Origin: Arenimonas sp.
GTDB taxonomy: Bacteria; Pseudomonadota; Gammaproteobacteria; Xanthomonadales; Xanthomonadaceae
Assembly (NCBI GenBank): GCA_043744535.1
Contig: JAYTVJ010000112.1
Span: 1 to 58,169 of the forward strand
Direction of reading: 5' to 3'
Length of the DNA: 58,169 nucleotides
Each line of letters starts with the position of its first letter. The first letter of the stretch is position 1. Both the position numbers and the translations under genes were made by a program. The notes below the pieces were generated by a model. The model searched no databases, had not been told where the DNA came from, and saw only the letters and a list, made by a program, of their open reading frames with translations. Shown here piece after piece: positions 1 to 9,667 of this stretch.

Positions 1-72
1 GGGCGCAGCAAGCAGCGCCCCTACATGGGATATTAAATACAATACGTATAGGGGCGAGTTCATAACCCGCTC
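1..72. repeat. Pair of GTAG-type REP-like palindromes in inverted orientation (possibly cut by the window edge)
   Basis: 1..24 reads GTAGGGGCGCTGCTTGCTGCGCCC on the minus strand. 48..72 reads ATAGGGGCGAGTTCATAACCCGCTC, an imperfect hairpin. Same layout as 52599..52623. Confidence 0.6.
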
Positions 73-94
73 AATGATGGATGCAAAAAATAAA

Positions 95-157
95 TGTAAA
101 GCATGCTTGACAGGCTGAAATTATTCGTGCATTCTTCTGTAAAGCTCACTTTACAGA
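95..157 (+). promoter_or_regulatory. Sigma70 promoter flanked by two palindromic operators (TGTAAAG-N4-CTTTACA)
   Basis: TGTAAAGCATGCTTGACA at 95..112 contains TTGACA (-35) at 107..112. A 17-nt spacer follows, then CATTCT (-10-like) at 130..135. TCTGTAAAGCTCACTTTACAGA at 136..157 has perfect 9-bp arms. Confidence 0.75.
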
Positions 158-164
158 CAAGCCC

Positions 165-566
165 ATGAACACTGCCGAAAAACGCTATACCCACCGCATG
201 ATTATTACCATGTCTTTTTATTGCGTATTTTTGTTTGCCTCCATTTTGGCTTTGCGCGGCTTTGCCGCTGATTGGCCGCTGCTGGCCAAAGCCTTGATAG
301 CGATTACCCCGGTGGTACCGGTGGCGTATTTCTGCAAAGCTTATGTGCGTTTTTTGAACGAATGCGATGAACTGATGCGCCGCATTGAACTGGAAGCGGT
401 GGGCTTAAGCAGCGTGGTGGTTGGTTTGCTGTTTTTAAGCCTTGGCTTTCTGGGCCGCGCCAACATCATTCCACTGGATGGCAGCTCCGTGGCGGTTTGG
501 GTGTTTCCGCTGCTGTGCGGTTTTTACGGCCTGACCAAATGGTTTGCCGCGAAACGCTATCAATGA
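165..566 (+). CDS. Small 4-TM membrane protein of the kind found ahead of XRE regulators
   Basis: Four hydrophobic segments and a CDELMRRIELEA motif. ATGA overlap with the HTH gene. Confidence 0.8.
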   Translation: MNTAEKRYTHRMIITMSFYCVFLFASILALRGFAADWPLLAKALIAITPVVPVAYFCKAYVRFLNECDELMRRIELEAVGLSSVVVGLLFLSLGFLGRANIIPLDGSSVAVWVFPLLCGFYGLTKWFAAKRYQ

Positions 567-754
567 AAAGCCAAGTCCGCACATTGCGTGAGCAGCGTGG
601 TTGGTCGCAGGGCGAGCTAGCCGATCAGCTTGAGGTATCCAGGCAAACGGTGAACGCCATTGAAACCGAAAAGTACGACCCAAGCATTAAATTAGCGTTT
701 AAGATTTCGCGTTTATTTGAATTACCGATTGAAGCCATTTTTAGTGAGGATTAA
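563..754 (+). CDS. XRE/Cro-CI family HTH transcriptional regulator (63 aa)
   Basis: MKSQVRTLREQRGWSQGELADQLEVSRQTVNAIETEKYDPS is a typical HTH_3. Start moved to ATG 563 (ATGA coupling). Confidence 0.92.
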   Translation: MKSQVRTLREQRGWSQGELADQLEVSRQTVNAIETEKYDPSIKLAFKISRLFELPIEAIFSED

Positions 755-756
755 GC

Positions 757-2301
757 ATGCAAGACAAATATAAAAAAGCATTGCGCATTGCCGTGGGATT
801 GGCAATTGTCGCTTATGCCAGCAAATCGTATTTACTGAAAAAAACCAACACCGATAAAACGCCCACGCCAGTCGCGGCAACGGCTAAAGTCGATATTAGC
901 CGCACATTGGGCACACTGATTTTCAAGCCGTGTTCGTTGTCGCAAGGAGCTGAATCGATGTCGGCTTTTTGCAGCACCATGCAGGTGCCGGAAGACCACA
1001 GCAAGCCCAATGGCCGAAAAATCAATTTAGCTATTTCTTGGTTGCCGGCCAGTAAGCAAGGCGAAGACGACCCCATTTTTATGCTCGCTGGTGGCCCAGG
1101 CCAAGGCGCGAGAGAGAGCTATCCAAGCATTGCCCATGCATTTGATGAAGCGCATAAAACACGCAACATTATTCTGCTTGACCAACGCGGCACCGGCGAT
1201 TCCAACCCGTTGAAATGCGAAGACAGCAAAGGCAATTCTGCGGTGGTGGAAGACGACGACTACAGCGTGCAATCGGCAGTGGATTTTGCTAAGAAATGTG
1301 CCGCTGGTTTTGCCAACACAGTGGATGTCAGCCAATTCTCCACCGCCGACGCGATTATTGACCTAGATTTAGCGCGCAAAGCCATTGGTGCCAGCAAAAT
1401 TAATTTAATCGGCATTTCCTACGGCACGCGGGTGGCGCAGCAATACGCCAAGCAATTTCCGAACAGCACCCGCACCGTAACTATTGATGGCATTGCGCCA
1501 ATGGATTTAGTGTTGGGCCAAGAACATGCGAAAAATCTGGAAGACTCGCTCGACTTGCAATTCGCGCGCTGCAGCCTCGATAAAGCCTGTTTGGAAAAAA
1601 TGGGCAATCCGCGTGAACAGCTGAACCAGCTATTGGCCAAGCTTGAAAAAGGCGCAGTGCCGGTGCATTACCGCGACGCCATCACTGGCGAATGGAAAAA
1701 CGGGCAGTTCAGTGCTGGCCATATTGCCAGCCTAACCCGCATGCTAGCCTATGCCCCGCAAGCGGCGGCGCTATTGCCTTTGCAGTTTAGCGAAGCCAAT
1801 AAGGGTCACTATGAATCTTTAATGGCACTTAGTGAAATGGTTAACCACGATGTGAGCGGCATGATTATGCATGGCATGCAGTTGTCGGTGATGTGCAGCG
1901 AAGATGTGGATGATTTAGTCGTTGATCCGGCTGATCAAAAGCGCTTGCTTGGCACCGGTTTAGTGGAAGTTTTGAAAGCGCAATGCAGTGTCTGGCCACA
2001 TAAAAAACGCCCAGCCGATTTCCGCACACCGCTAACCGGCAATGTGCCCGTGTTAATTTTATCCGGCGAATTCGACCCCGTTACACCACCACGCTATGGC
2101 GAACAAGTGGCTAAACATTTACCGAATGCCAAACATATTATTGCCAAAGGCTCGGGCCACAATGTTTTGCCGGTTGGCTGCATGCCGAAATTATTCGCTA
2201 AATTCTTAGAAACAGCCGACGCGAAAAAACTGGATTCCAGCTGCATGGACAAACTCACCTACGCATCGATGTTCACCGGCTACTATGGCTCGGAACCTTA
2301 A
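757..2301 (+). CDS. Exported alpha/beta-hydrolase, TAP-like (peptidase S33 type)
   Basis: N-terminal signal/anchor. Motifs LAGGPG, DQRGTG, nucleophile GISYG, DPVTP and GSGH. Confidence 0.85.
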   Translation: MQDKYKKALRIAVGLAIVAYASKSYLLKKTNTDKTPTPVAATAKVDISRTLGTLIFKPCSLSQGAESMSAFCSTMQVPEDHSKPNGRKINLAISWLPASKQGEDDPIFMLAGGPGQGARESYPSIAHAFDEAHKTRNIILLDQRGTGDSNPLKCEDSKGNSAVVEDDDYSVQSAVDFAKKCAAGFANTVDVSQFSTADAIIDLDLARKAIGASKINLIGISYGTRVAQQYAKQFPNSTRTVTIDGIAPMDLVLGQEHAKNLEDSLDLQFARCSLDKACLEKMGNPREQLNQLLAKLEKGAVPVHYRDAITGEWKNGQFSAGHIASLTRMLAYAPQAAALLPLQFSEANKGHYESLMALSEMVNHDVSGMIMHGMQLSVMCSEDVDDLVVDPADQKRLLGTGLVEVLKAQCSVWPHKKRPADFRTPLTGNVPVLILSGEFDPVTPPRYGEQVAKHLPNAKHIIAKGSGHNVLPVGCMPKLFAKFLETADAKKLDSSCMDKLTYASMFTGYYGSEP

Positions 2302-2310
2302 GGATTATTT

Positions 2311-3057
2311 ATGATTGACGTAACCGATTTGCACAAACGCTTCATCACCAAAACGGGCACCGTGCAAGCCGTGCAGGGCGTTAGCTTCACCGCCCACGAT
2401 GGCGAAATTACCGGCTTGCTGGGCCCAAACGGGGCTGGCAAAACCACCACACTGCGCATGCTATATACCTTAATGAACCCAGACAGCGGTACGATTACGG
2501 TGGACGGATTTTCCACTGAAACACAATCGTTTGAGGTGCGCACCCGATTGGGCGTGTTGCCCGATGCGCGCGGTGTGTATAAGCGCTTAACCGCCCGTGA
2601 AAACATTGCGTACTTTGGGCGCTTGCATGGCATGTCTGAGGCGCTGATTGCCGAACGCACCGAACGCTTAGCCAAAGCACTGGGCATGGAGGATTTCCTT
2701 GATCGCCAATGCGAAGGCTTTTCGCAAGGACAACGCACCAAAACCGCGATTGCGCGGGCCTTAATCCACGACCCAAAAAATGTGATTCTTGATGAGCCCA
2801 CCAATGGCTTGGATGTGATGACCACCCGCGGCCTGCGCGAATTTTTACTGCAGCTCAAAGCCGAAGGCCGCTGCGTGATTTTTTCCAGCCACATTATGCA
2901 AGAAGTGGCAGCATTGTGCGACCGTATTGTGGTGATTGCCAATGGCTCGGTGAAAGCCAATGGCACACCGGATGAGATTCGCGCGCAAACCGGGGAGGCT
3001 AACTTGGAAGAAGCTTTCGTGAAAGTGATTGGTAGCGAGGAGGGCTTGCACGCATGA
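2311..3057 (+). CDS. ABC transporter ATP-binding protein (NatA-like)
   Basis: Walker A GPNGAGKT, signature FSQGQ, Walker B ILDEP, H-loop SSH. Confidence 0.93.
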   Translation: MIDVTDLHKRFITKTGTVQAVQGVSFTAHDGEITGLLGPNGAGKTTTLRMLYTLMNPDSGTITVDGFSTETQSFEVRTRLGVLPDARGVYKRLTARENIAYFGRLHGMSEALIAERTERLAKALGMEDFLDRQCEGFSQGQRTKTAIARALIHDPKNVILDEPTNGLDVMTTRGLREFLLQLKAEGRCVIFSSHIMQEVAALCDRIVVIANGSVKANGTPDEIRAQTGEANLEEAFVKVIGSEEGLHA

Positions 3058-4223
3058 ACGCATTATTTACGGTAATGAGAAAAGAACTGCTGGATTTATT
3101 CCGCGATAAAAAAACCCTGTATTTATCTTTATTTATGGGCCCGATATTGTTTCCGCTGCTTATTCTTGGCATGGGTAAATTGGCTAGCAATCGTATTACT
3201 ACGCAAGTGGATAAGCCCTTGGAACTGCCGGTGATTGGCGCCGAAAACGCACCAAATTTGGTGAATTATCTGGCTGGCCGCAATGTGATTATCAAGCCTG
3301 CGCCAAAAAATCCAGACGGCGAAATTGCCGCGCAGAATGTTGACGTGATTTTATCGATTCCAAAAAGCTTTGCCGAACAGTGGCGCAAAAGTGAGCCGGC
3401 CGCCATCGAAATTCTGCACGATAGCTCGCGCGACGATGCACGTATTCCAGTGGAACGCTTGAACAACCTACTGGAAAACTACAGCCGCACCACCGGCGCA
3501 TTGCGTTTGCTATCGCGTGGCATCAGCCCAACGGCTAATCAAGCGGTGCGCTTGGATTACAAAGACCTTGCCACGCCAGAAAGCCGCATTGGGCAAGCGC
3601 TAGCGTTCTTGCCGTACTTGCTCATTCTCACTGGCTTTCTAGGCGGCGCCGCATTGGTGATTGATGCCACCGCCGGTGAACGCGAACGGCAATCGCTTGA
3701 ACCGCTACTGGCCACACCCGCCTCGCGCGGGCTGATTATGAGCGGCAAAATTGCCTCGGCTGCGTCGTTTGGTTTGCTTGGCCTGCTGCTTACGCTGCTG
3801 TCGTTCAAACTCAGCTTTATGCTCGCGCCTGGCCTAGGTATTAAGCTCAGCATGAGCTGGTGGCAAGTGTCGCAATTGCTGTTGGTGCTGGTTCCTATTG
3901 TGCTGATTGGCACCTGCTTACTGACCTCAATTGCAGCCGGTGCTAAATCGGTGAAAGAAGCACAAAGCTATATGAGTATGCTGATGATGCTGCCCATTTT
4001 GCCCACCATTATTTTGATGGTGAACCCGCTAAAAAACCAACTCTGGCAATTTGCCGTGCCGTTTCTGGCACAGAACCAAATGATTTTGAAAATTGTCCGT
4101 AGCGAAACCATTTCAAGTATGGAGTGGAGCGTGTATTTAGTGTGCGGGCTTGGCCTTGGCGCTGTGCTGTGGTTCATTGCGGCGCGCCGCTACCTTAACG
4201 AAAAACTGGCCATTTCGGCCTAA
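3054..4223 (+). CDS. ABC-2 exporter permease (NatB-like)
   Basis: N-terminal TM, periplasmic loop, AGERERQSLEPLL motif, five C-terminal TMs. ATGA overlap with the ATPase gene. Confidence 0.9.
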   Translation: MNALFTVMRKELLDLFRDKKTLYLSLFMGPILFPLLILGMGKLASNRITTQVDKPLELPVIGAENAPNLVNYLAGRNVIIKPAPKNPDGEIAAQNVDVILSIPKSFAEQWRKSEPAAIEILHDSSRDDARIPVERLNNLLENYSRTTGALRLLSRGISPTANQAVRLDYKDLATPESRIGQALAFLPYLLILTGFLGGAALVIDATAGERERQSLEPLLATPASRGLIMSGKIASAASFGLLGLLLTLLSFKLSFMLAPGLGIKLSMSWWQVSQLLLVLVPIVLIGTCLLTSIAAGAKSVKEAQSYMSMLMMLPILPTIILMVNPLKNQLWQFAVPFLAQNQMILKIVRSETISSMEWSVYLVCGLGLGAVLWFIAARRYLNEKLAISA

Positions 4224-4237
4224 GCAAACGAGGCCTT

Positions 4238-4915
4238 ATGAAAACAACCTGGCAAAAGCGCTGGCATGACAATAAAAGCTTTCTCTGTTTTATTGTTATG
4301 ATGATTGTTTTTCGGAGTTCTTTGGCCGATTGGAACAGTGTTCCAACCGGTTCAATGAAACCCACCATTGTTGAAGGCGACCGCATTGTGGTGAATAAAA
4401 TTGCCTACGATTTGAAATTGCCGCTCACCCATATCCGTGTATGGCATTGGGGCAATCCGCAACGTGGCGATATTGTGGTGTTCGATTCCAACATCGAAAA
4501 TACGCGGCTGGTGAAGCGTGTTGTTGGCACGCCCGGCGATGTGATTGCCATGCAGAATAATCAATTATTCATAAATGGCCAGCTCTCGAACTACAGCGAG
4601 CAACGCATTGCAGAACCTTATCTACGCGCCACGGAAAATTTAGCCGGCCATCCACATGCCATGCAAATCGCCAATAACGAAACATCACAGGCCAGTAGCT
4701 TTGGGCCGGTAAGCGTGCCCGAAGGCCAGTATTTGGTGCTTGGCGATAACCGCGACAACAGCAAAGACAGCCGTTATATTGGCTTTATTCCGCGCCAAGA
4801 AATTATTGGCCGTGCGCGCTATGTGGCGTTTTCACTGAATTACGATCACTATTATCTGCCACGAACGGATCGGTTTTTTCACACGTTGGATGCATCGGAT
4901 AAATCCGCAAACTGA
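4238..4915 (+). CDS. lepB: Signal peptidase I (S26), probably a paralogue
   Basis: PTGSMKPT (Ser), RGDIVVF, LVKRVVG (Lys), GDNRDNSKDSR. Not in the usual lepA/rnc context. Confidence 0.9.
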   Translation: MKTTWQKRWHDNKSFLCFIVMMIVFRSSLADWNSVPTGSMKPTIVEGDRIVVNKIAYDLKLPLTHIRVWHWGNPQRGDIVVFDSNIENTRLVKRVVGTPGDVIAMQNNQLFINGQLSNYSEQRIAEPYLRATENLAGHPHAMQIANNETSQASSFGPVSVPEGQYLVLGDNRDNSKDSRYIGFIPRQEIIGRARYVAFSLNYDHYYLPRTDRFFHTLDASDKSAN

Positions 4916-4973
4916 TATTCAGTGCGCGCTTAATGCCGTAAGCTTGTTAACACCGCTCATCGGGGAAAAACCA

Positions 4974-5339
4974 ATGAAATCTGCCCATCTTTTTGCTATT
5001 TTGCTCGCTACCGTTACTATAAGCGCATGCGCTGGTTCGCCGGAGCCCACAACGCCAGTAGCCAACACAGTGAACAAGCCCATGCCAAACACCGAAACCC
5101 CGCCAACAGACGATAGTATTATCCGTGCCACCGGCCATATTGAATACCAAGATCTTGAAGGCGGATTTTGGGGCATTGTGGCTGATGATGGCCGCAAGTT
5201 TGACGCACTGAATCTTGAGCCAAGTTTCCAGAAAGAAGGATTGCCTGTGCGCTTTGAAGCCAAGTTGGAAACCGATCGCATGTCGACGCGTATGTGGGGC
5301 ACTATGATTACCCTCACGCGCATTGAAGTGGTGAAATAA
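4974..5339 (+). CDS. Hypothetical lipoprotein
   Basis: Start moved to MKSAHLFAILLATVTISAC (lipobox ISAC, GGGGA upstream). Pro/Thr linker, then a small beta domain (LEGGFWGIVADDG). Confidence 0.7.
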   Translation: MKSAHLFAILLATVTISACAGSPEPTTPVANTVNKPMPNTETPPTDDSIIRATGHIEYQDLEGGFWGIVADDGRKFDALNLEPSFQKEGLPVRFEAKLETDRMSTRMWGTMITLTRIEVVK

Positions 5340-5350
5340 GACGCCACGCC

Positions 5351-6327
5351 TTGATTGCGCGCATTCTCTTTGCAGCTCTACTGGCATGTGTGGCGCCTTT
5401 TTGTGTTGCTAAAGGCACGCCGGCTTTTTACCCAAATTTTTTAAGTTTGTCAGCGCCGCTGTATGCTGAAATTCCGGATTTGCAAAACTGCCAACCGGGC
5501 GTTTGCAGGACACACAAACACAACGGGTGCTTGCTACGCTAAATTCCATTCGAGAACGGCATGGCTTAGCGCCCGTGATGATTGAACAACTGGCCGTGCC
5601 AGCTGCAAATCAAGCCGCATTGATGTTTGCCGCCAATGGGCAACTTTCGCACAAGCCGCCACCAGCGTGGCGTTGCTATTCTGCACAAGGCGCCAGCGCT
5701 GCCGCACAGAGCATTATTAGCGGCGGTGTGGCGGCAAAAAATATTGCATTTAACAGCCCCGAACAAGACATTATCGCCTGGCTGACGGATGTCAGCTCCA
5801 CCACGCCAGAAGCAATAGGCCATCGCCGCTGGTTGCTTGATCCGTTTCTAAAAAATATTGCCTATGGGCGCGTCTCGGGGCGAATCGATAGCCGGCATGT
5901 CAGTGTGGGGTCGGCGCTTACGCTGATGGCCGATGACAGCATGCCGCTGGCACACGATGCGCCAGACATTATTGCCTATCCTTTCCATGATTACCCGGCG
6001 CGCTATTTTGCCGATGGCACTATGCTGTCATTTTCAGTGCTGCTGGATAAAACACACAAACAAGGCAATGTGGCTGTTGATTTTTCACAAGCGCGCATTA
6101 CGGTGCAAACACCAAACAGTACAACACACCGCGCGAAACAGGTGCTATTCGACAACCATTATTTTGGCTTGCCAAACAATTTGCAGTTTAGCCTTTCGCA
6201 CATCGAACCCGGCCTTCGTTATATGGTCAATATTGATGGCGTGCGGCTTCAAGGGGTTAGTAAATCCTACACCTATTGGTTTCGCATAATGCCGGAAAGC
6301 GATTCAAATTCGCTTATACTTCAATAA
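5351..6327 (+). pseudogene. Exported CAP/SCP-domain protein split by a 1-nt frameshift near 5502-5504 (pseudogene or sequence error)
   Basis: ORF 5351 gives a signal peptide plus ...PDLQNCQPGV. ORF 5503 continues LQDTQ...LNSIRERHGL, LSH, IGHRRWLL. One extra T in GGCGTTTGCAG joins the two frames. Confidence 0.7.
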
Positions 6328-6887
6328 TGCTAAAAACCCTTCACCGCTGCTCCTGGTGCGGCACAGATCCTTTATACGTGGCGTACCACGATAACGAATG
6401 GGGCGTGCCGGTACATGATGATCAAGTATTATTCGAATTCATTCTTTTGGAAGGCGCGCAGGCTGGCTTAAGTTGGATAACTATTCTGCGTAAGCGCGAG
6501 AACTACCGAAAAGCACTGGACGGCTTCAACATGCAGCGCATTGCACACTACACCGAACACGATATGCTACGCTTGATGAATGACCCAGGCATTGTGCGCA
6601 ATCGCTTGAAGCTGGAATCCTGTGTGAAGAATGCCCGTGGCGCACTAACGATTATTGAGCAGTTCGGTTCGCTGGATGCTTACTTTTGGGGCTTTGTGCA
6701 TAACACAGCCATTAAAAATAGTCCGAAGCACATGCAAGACGTGCCGGTAAGCAGCGAAATTGCTGAGGCATTAAGCAAAGACCTAAAGAAACGCGGCTTC
6801 AATTTTGTTGGCTCCACCATTATGTATGCCTTTATGCAAGCGGTGGGCATGGTCGACGATCACCTCACCACATGCCATAAGTATTAA
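6327..6887 (+). CDS. tag: DNA-3-methyladenine glycosylase I
   Basis: RCSW, YHDNEWG, LEGAQAGLSW, IVRNRLK, GMVDDHLTTC. Start at the TAATG overlap (6327). Confidence 0.95.
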   Translation: MLKTLHRCSWCGTDPLYVAYHDNEWGVPVHDDQVLFEFILLEGAQAGLSWITILRKRENYRKALDGFNMQRIAHYTEHDMLRLMNDPGIVRNRLKLESCVKNARGALTIIEQFGSLDAYFWGFVHNTAIKNSPKHMQDVPVSSEIAEALSKDLKKRGFNFVGSTIMYAFMQAVGMVDDHLTTCHKY

Positions 6888-6940
6888 CCCAATTCACGCA
6901 TTGTTATACACTGCAACAAGGCTAGGCTGGAGTGCGTGCG

Positions 6941-7147
6941 ATGGGCAGTGAATCGTCTTTGTGGTGGGGCTTACTGTTCGGCTCAATTGGGCTGGGCTAT
7001 TTTATCTACGGAAAACGACAACGCGTTGCCATGCCACTGATATGCGGCATTGCATTGATGATTTTTCCCTATTTCGTATCCAGTACTCTATTATTGGTTT
7101 TTGTGGGCTGCATTTTATTGGCTGGGCCTTTTATATTCAAATTTTAA
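6941..7147 (+). CDS. Small membrane protein, function unknown
   Basis: 68 aa with three hydrophobic helices (GLGYFIYGKRQ...LMIFPYF). GGAG upstream. Confidence 0.7.
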   Translation: MGSESSLWWGLLFGSIGLGYFIYGKRQRVAMPLICGIALMIFPYFVSSTLLLVFVGCILLAGPFIFKF

Positions 7148-7161
7148 TGGAACCCTGACCA

Positions 7162-8298
7162 ATGACTACATCCTTAGCCAGCGTGGAAAAACCCAGCATT
7201 GGCATGCTGCTTCGCAACGAATATTCGCTCATTCTTAGCATCGTAAGCATGGTTTTGTTTATGCAGTACGGTAAAGACTGGCTGGCCGATTTAAGCAACC
7301 CCGCTTGGTTTACGTTTATGTTGATGTGGTTGTTGGTTATTATTTTGCTGTCGGCATTTGCCATTGTGCGGCATGCCGAAAGTCTGGCCATTATCTTGGG
7401 CGAACCACTCGGCACCTTGGTGCTCACACTATCCATCATTGGCGTTGAAGTGCTGATGATTTCTGCGGTAATGCTGTCTGGAGATGGCAACCCAACCATG
7501 GCGCGCGACACCATGACCGCGGTTATTATGATTTTGCTGGGCGGTATGGCCGGCATGTCTTTATTGCTTGGTGGCCTTAAACACCATGAGCAAAGCTATA
7601 ACCTGCAAGGCGCAAAAGCCTTTCTAGCCTTGATTATTCCGCTTGCTGTGCTTGGGCTTATTCTGCCTAATTTCACCACTACCACCTCAGAGCCAACGCT
7701 GTCACCGTTTCAAAGTATTTTCCTGAGTGTTATGTCGATCGGCATTTACGGGATTTTCTTGGCTGTGCAAACCAGCCGACACAGTAACTATTTTATTTCA
7801 CCGGCAGAAAACGAGAATGATGCCTTGCACGACGATCACCCAGTGCAAGCTACGTGGTATCACGGGATGTTTTTACTGTTGTATATTTTGCCAATGGTGA
7901 TTTTAGCTAAAAAATTAGCTACACCGCTCGAACATGGCACCGATGTTTTAGGCGCGCCAGAGGTATTGAGCGGCTTTCTGGTGGGTATATTGATTTTGGC
8001 CCCCGAAGCAATGAGCGCAGTTAAAGCCGCCAAACGCAATCAGCTGCAACGCTCCATCAACATCCTGCTTGGCTCGGTATTGGCCACCATCGGGCTAACC
8101 ATACCTGCGGTACTGAGCATTGGGCTGATTACCGGCAAAACCATTGTGCTTGGCTTAAGCCCGGTGAATAGTATTTTGCTGGTTCTGCTTTTGGCGGTTA
8201 GCAGCATCACTTTTTCCAATAGCCGAACCAATGTGTTGCTCGGTGCGGTGCATCTGCTAATATTTTTTGCCTATGTCATGTTGATGTTTCAAGGCTAA
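7162..8298 (+). CDS. chaA: Ca2+/H+ antiporter (CaCA family, ChaA-like)
   Basis: About 11 TMs. Motifs HAESLA.ILGEPLGTL, ARDT, LAPE, NQLQRSINILLGS. Confidence 0.88.
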   Translation: MTTSLASVEKPSIGMLLRNEYSLILSIVSMVLFMQYGKDWLADLSNPAWFTFMLMWLLVIILLSAFAIVRHAESLAIILGEPLGTLVLTLSIIGVEVLMISAVMLSGDGNPTMARDTMTAVIMILLGGMAGMSLLLGGLKHHEQSYNLQGAKAFLALIIPLAVLGLILPNFTTTTSEPTLSPFQSIFLSVMSIGIYGIFLAVQTSRHSNYFISPAENENDALHDDHPVQATWYHGMFLLLYILPMVILAKKLATPLEHGTDVLGAPEVLSGFLVGILILAPEAMSAVKAAKRNQLQRSINILLGSVLATIGLTIPAVLSIGLITGKTIVLGLSPVNSILLVLLLAVSSITFSNSRTNVLLGAVHLLIFFAYVMLMFQG

Positions 8299-8323
8299 AG
8301 TCAATGCCAACCATAAGGGTTCC

Positions 8324-9031
8324 ATGAACGACATACGATCAGCATTATCTATTGAACGCGGCGATAAAGTAACTCGGCTTGAAGCGTTTGTTGACGCCGC
8401 GTTTGCGTTTTCAGTGACTCTGTTAGTCATTTCAGGCGATCATACGCCAACCAGTATTGTGCTATTGAAAGAAGCCATTAAGCAAATTCCAACCTATGCT
8501 GCCAGTTTCGCTGTGATTATGCAATTTTGGATGAACCATGCCGATTGGAGCCGCCGTTTCGGCCTAGAAGATGCAGTTAGCGACCGCTTAAGTTTACTTT
8601 TAGTATTTGTTTTGCTTATTTTTGTATATCCATTAAAAATGGTTTTCGGTACGTTCTTCGCGCTTATTTCTGATAATTTTTTACCGGCGCAATTCATCAT
8701 TAATGATTGGTCAGAAGTACCCATTTTATTCCAAACCTTTGCTATGGGCTTTGGCGGTATGGCACTGATTACTTGTTTACTTTTTTGGCGTGCGGTGCGA
8801 TTAGCTCCAGTATTCAATTTTAGTACTGAAGAAGTGGCTTACGCTAAACACAAGCGCATGATGTGGGGTGTGGTGGTGCTGTTTTCGATTATATCTTTCG
8901 TGCTTGCCGTGCTTATTCCAGCCACGGAACAATCAGGCATGTGGATAGGCATGCCGGGCTTTATCTTTTTCGGTTTGAACATTCTGCAAATTATATTGCG
9001 CCGGCGTTACAAAAAGAAAACCTTGGTTTAA
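8324..9031 (+). CDS. TMEM175/DUF1211 family membrane protein
   Basis: TRLEAFVDAAFAFSVTLL and FWMNH motifs. Six TMs. Confidence 0.8.
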   Translation: MNDIRSALSIERGDKVTRLEAFVDAAFAFSVTLLVISGDHTPTSIVLLKEAIKQIPTYAASFAVIMQFWMNHADWSRRFGLEDAVSDRLSLLLVFVLLIFVYPLKMVFGTFFALISDNFLPAQFIINDWSEVPILFQTFAMGFGGMALITCLLFWRAVRLAPVFNFSTEEVAYAKHKRMMWGVVVLFSIISFVLAVLIPATEQSGMWIGMPGFIFFGLNILQIILRRRYKKKTLV

Positions 9032-9537
9032 TACGCGCCCATATAATCTTTTTTGCCTAGCTCAACGCCCAAATGCCGCAAAATGGCGTATGCCGTTGTT
9101 ACATGAAAGAAAAATTGCGGCAACCCGTAGCTCAGCAAATAGGCTTGGCCGTTGAAACGCCTTTCTTTTGGTGTGCCTGGGCGGGTGATGATTTCACGTT
9201 GCTCTTGGCCATTAATCTGCTCCGGCGCAATGCTATTAATAAAATCTAGGGTTTGCGTAATAAGCGCTTGGCATTGTGCAAACGTTTGATGATTGTCTTC
9301 CACTTTTGGCACGTCTATTCCTGCTAAACGGGCCGACACGCCCCGCGAGAAATCAGCGGCAATCTGTACTTGTCGAACCAATGGAAACATATCTGGGCTT
9401 AAGCGCGCCTGCAAAAATACCGCAGGATCAATGTTTTTGGCACTGGCGTGGGCTTCGGCTTTTTGCAATAAATCGCTCAGACTATTCAGCATTTGCTTAA
9501 ACACAGGAACAGAAGCGGCATACATGGATAGGCTCAT
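9028..9537 (-). CDS. DUF1993 family (DinB-like fold) protein
   Basis: ARLSPDMFPLVRQVQIA and PQFFFHVTTAYAILRHLGVELGKKDY. Confidence 0.88.
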   Translation of the reverse strand: MSLSMYAASVPVFKQMLNSLSDLLQKAEAHASAKNIDPAVFLQARLSPDMFPLVRQVQIAADFSRGVSARLAGIDVPKVEDNHQTFAQCQALITQTLDFINSIAPEQINGQEQREIITRPGTPKERRFNGQAYLLSYGLPQFFFHVTTAYAILRHLGVELGKKDYMGAY

Positions 9538-9667
9538 ACGTGGTTTTTCTATGTAGATAGGTCGGTTGAGTATAGCGTTTTTCTAAGGCCTAGCGACAAG
9601 TTGCGCATGTCGCGTTATTATGAACGCTGTATCTCGTTCATTTCATCTAACCGACAAAGGAAACCGT

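Noticed and set aside
1087-1094. E. coli Chi octamer GCTGGTGG
   Set aside because: It is explained by the LAGGPG codons, and one occurrence carries no information.
9561-9655. Nested short inverted repeats (GTCGGTT/AACCGAC, GCGACA/TGTCGC, ATGAACG/CGTTCAT) suggesting a structured RNA
   Set aside because: The arms are only 6-7 bp, the region must hold divergent promoters, and I recognised no riboswitch or sRNA motif.
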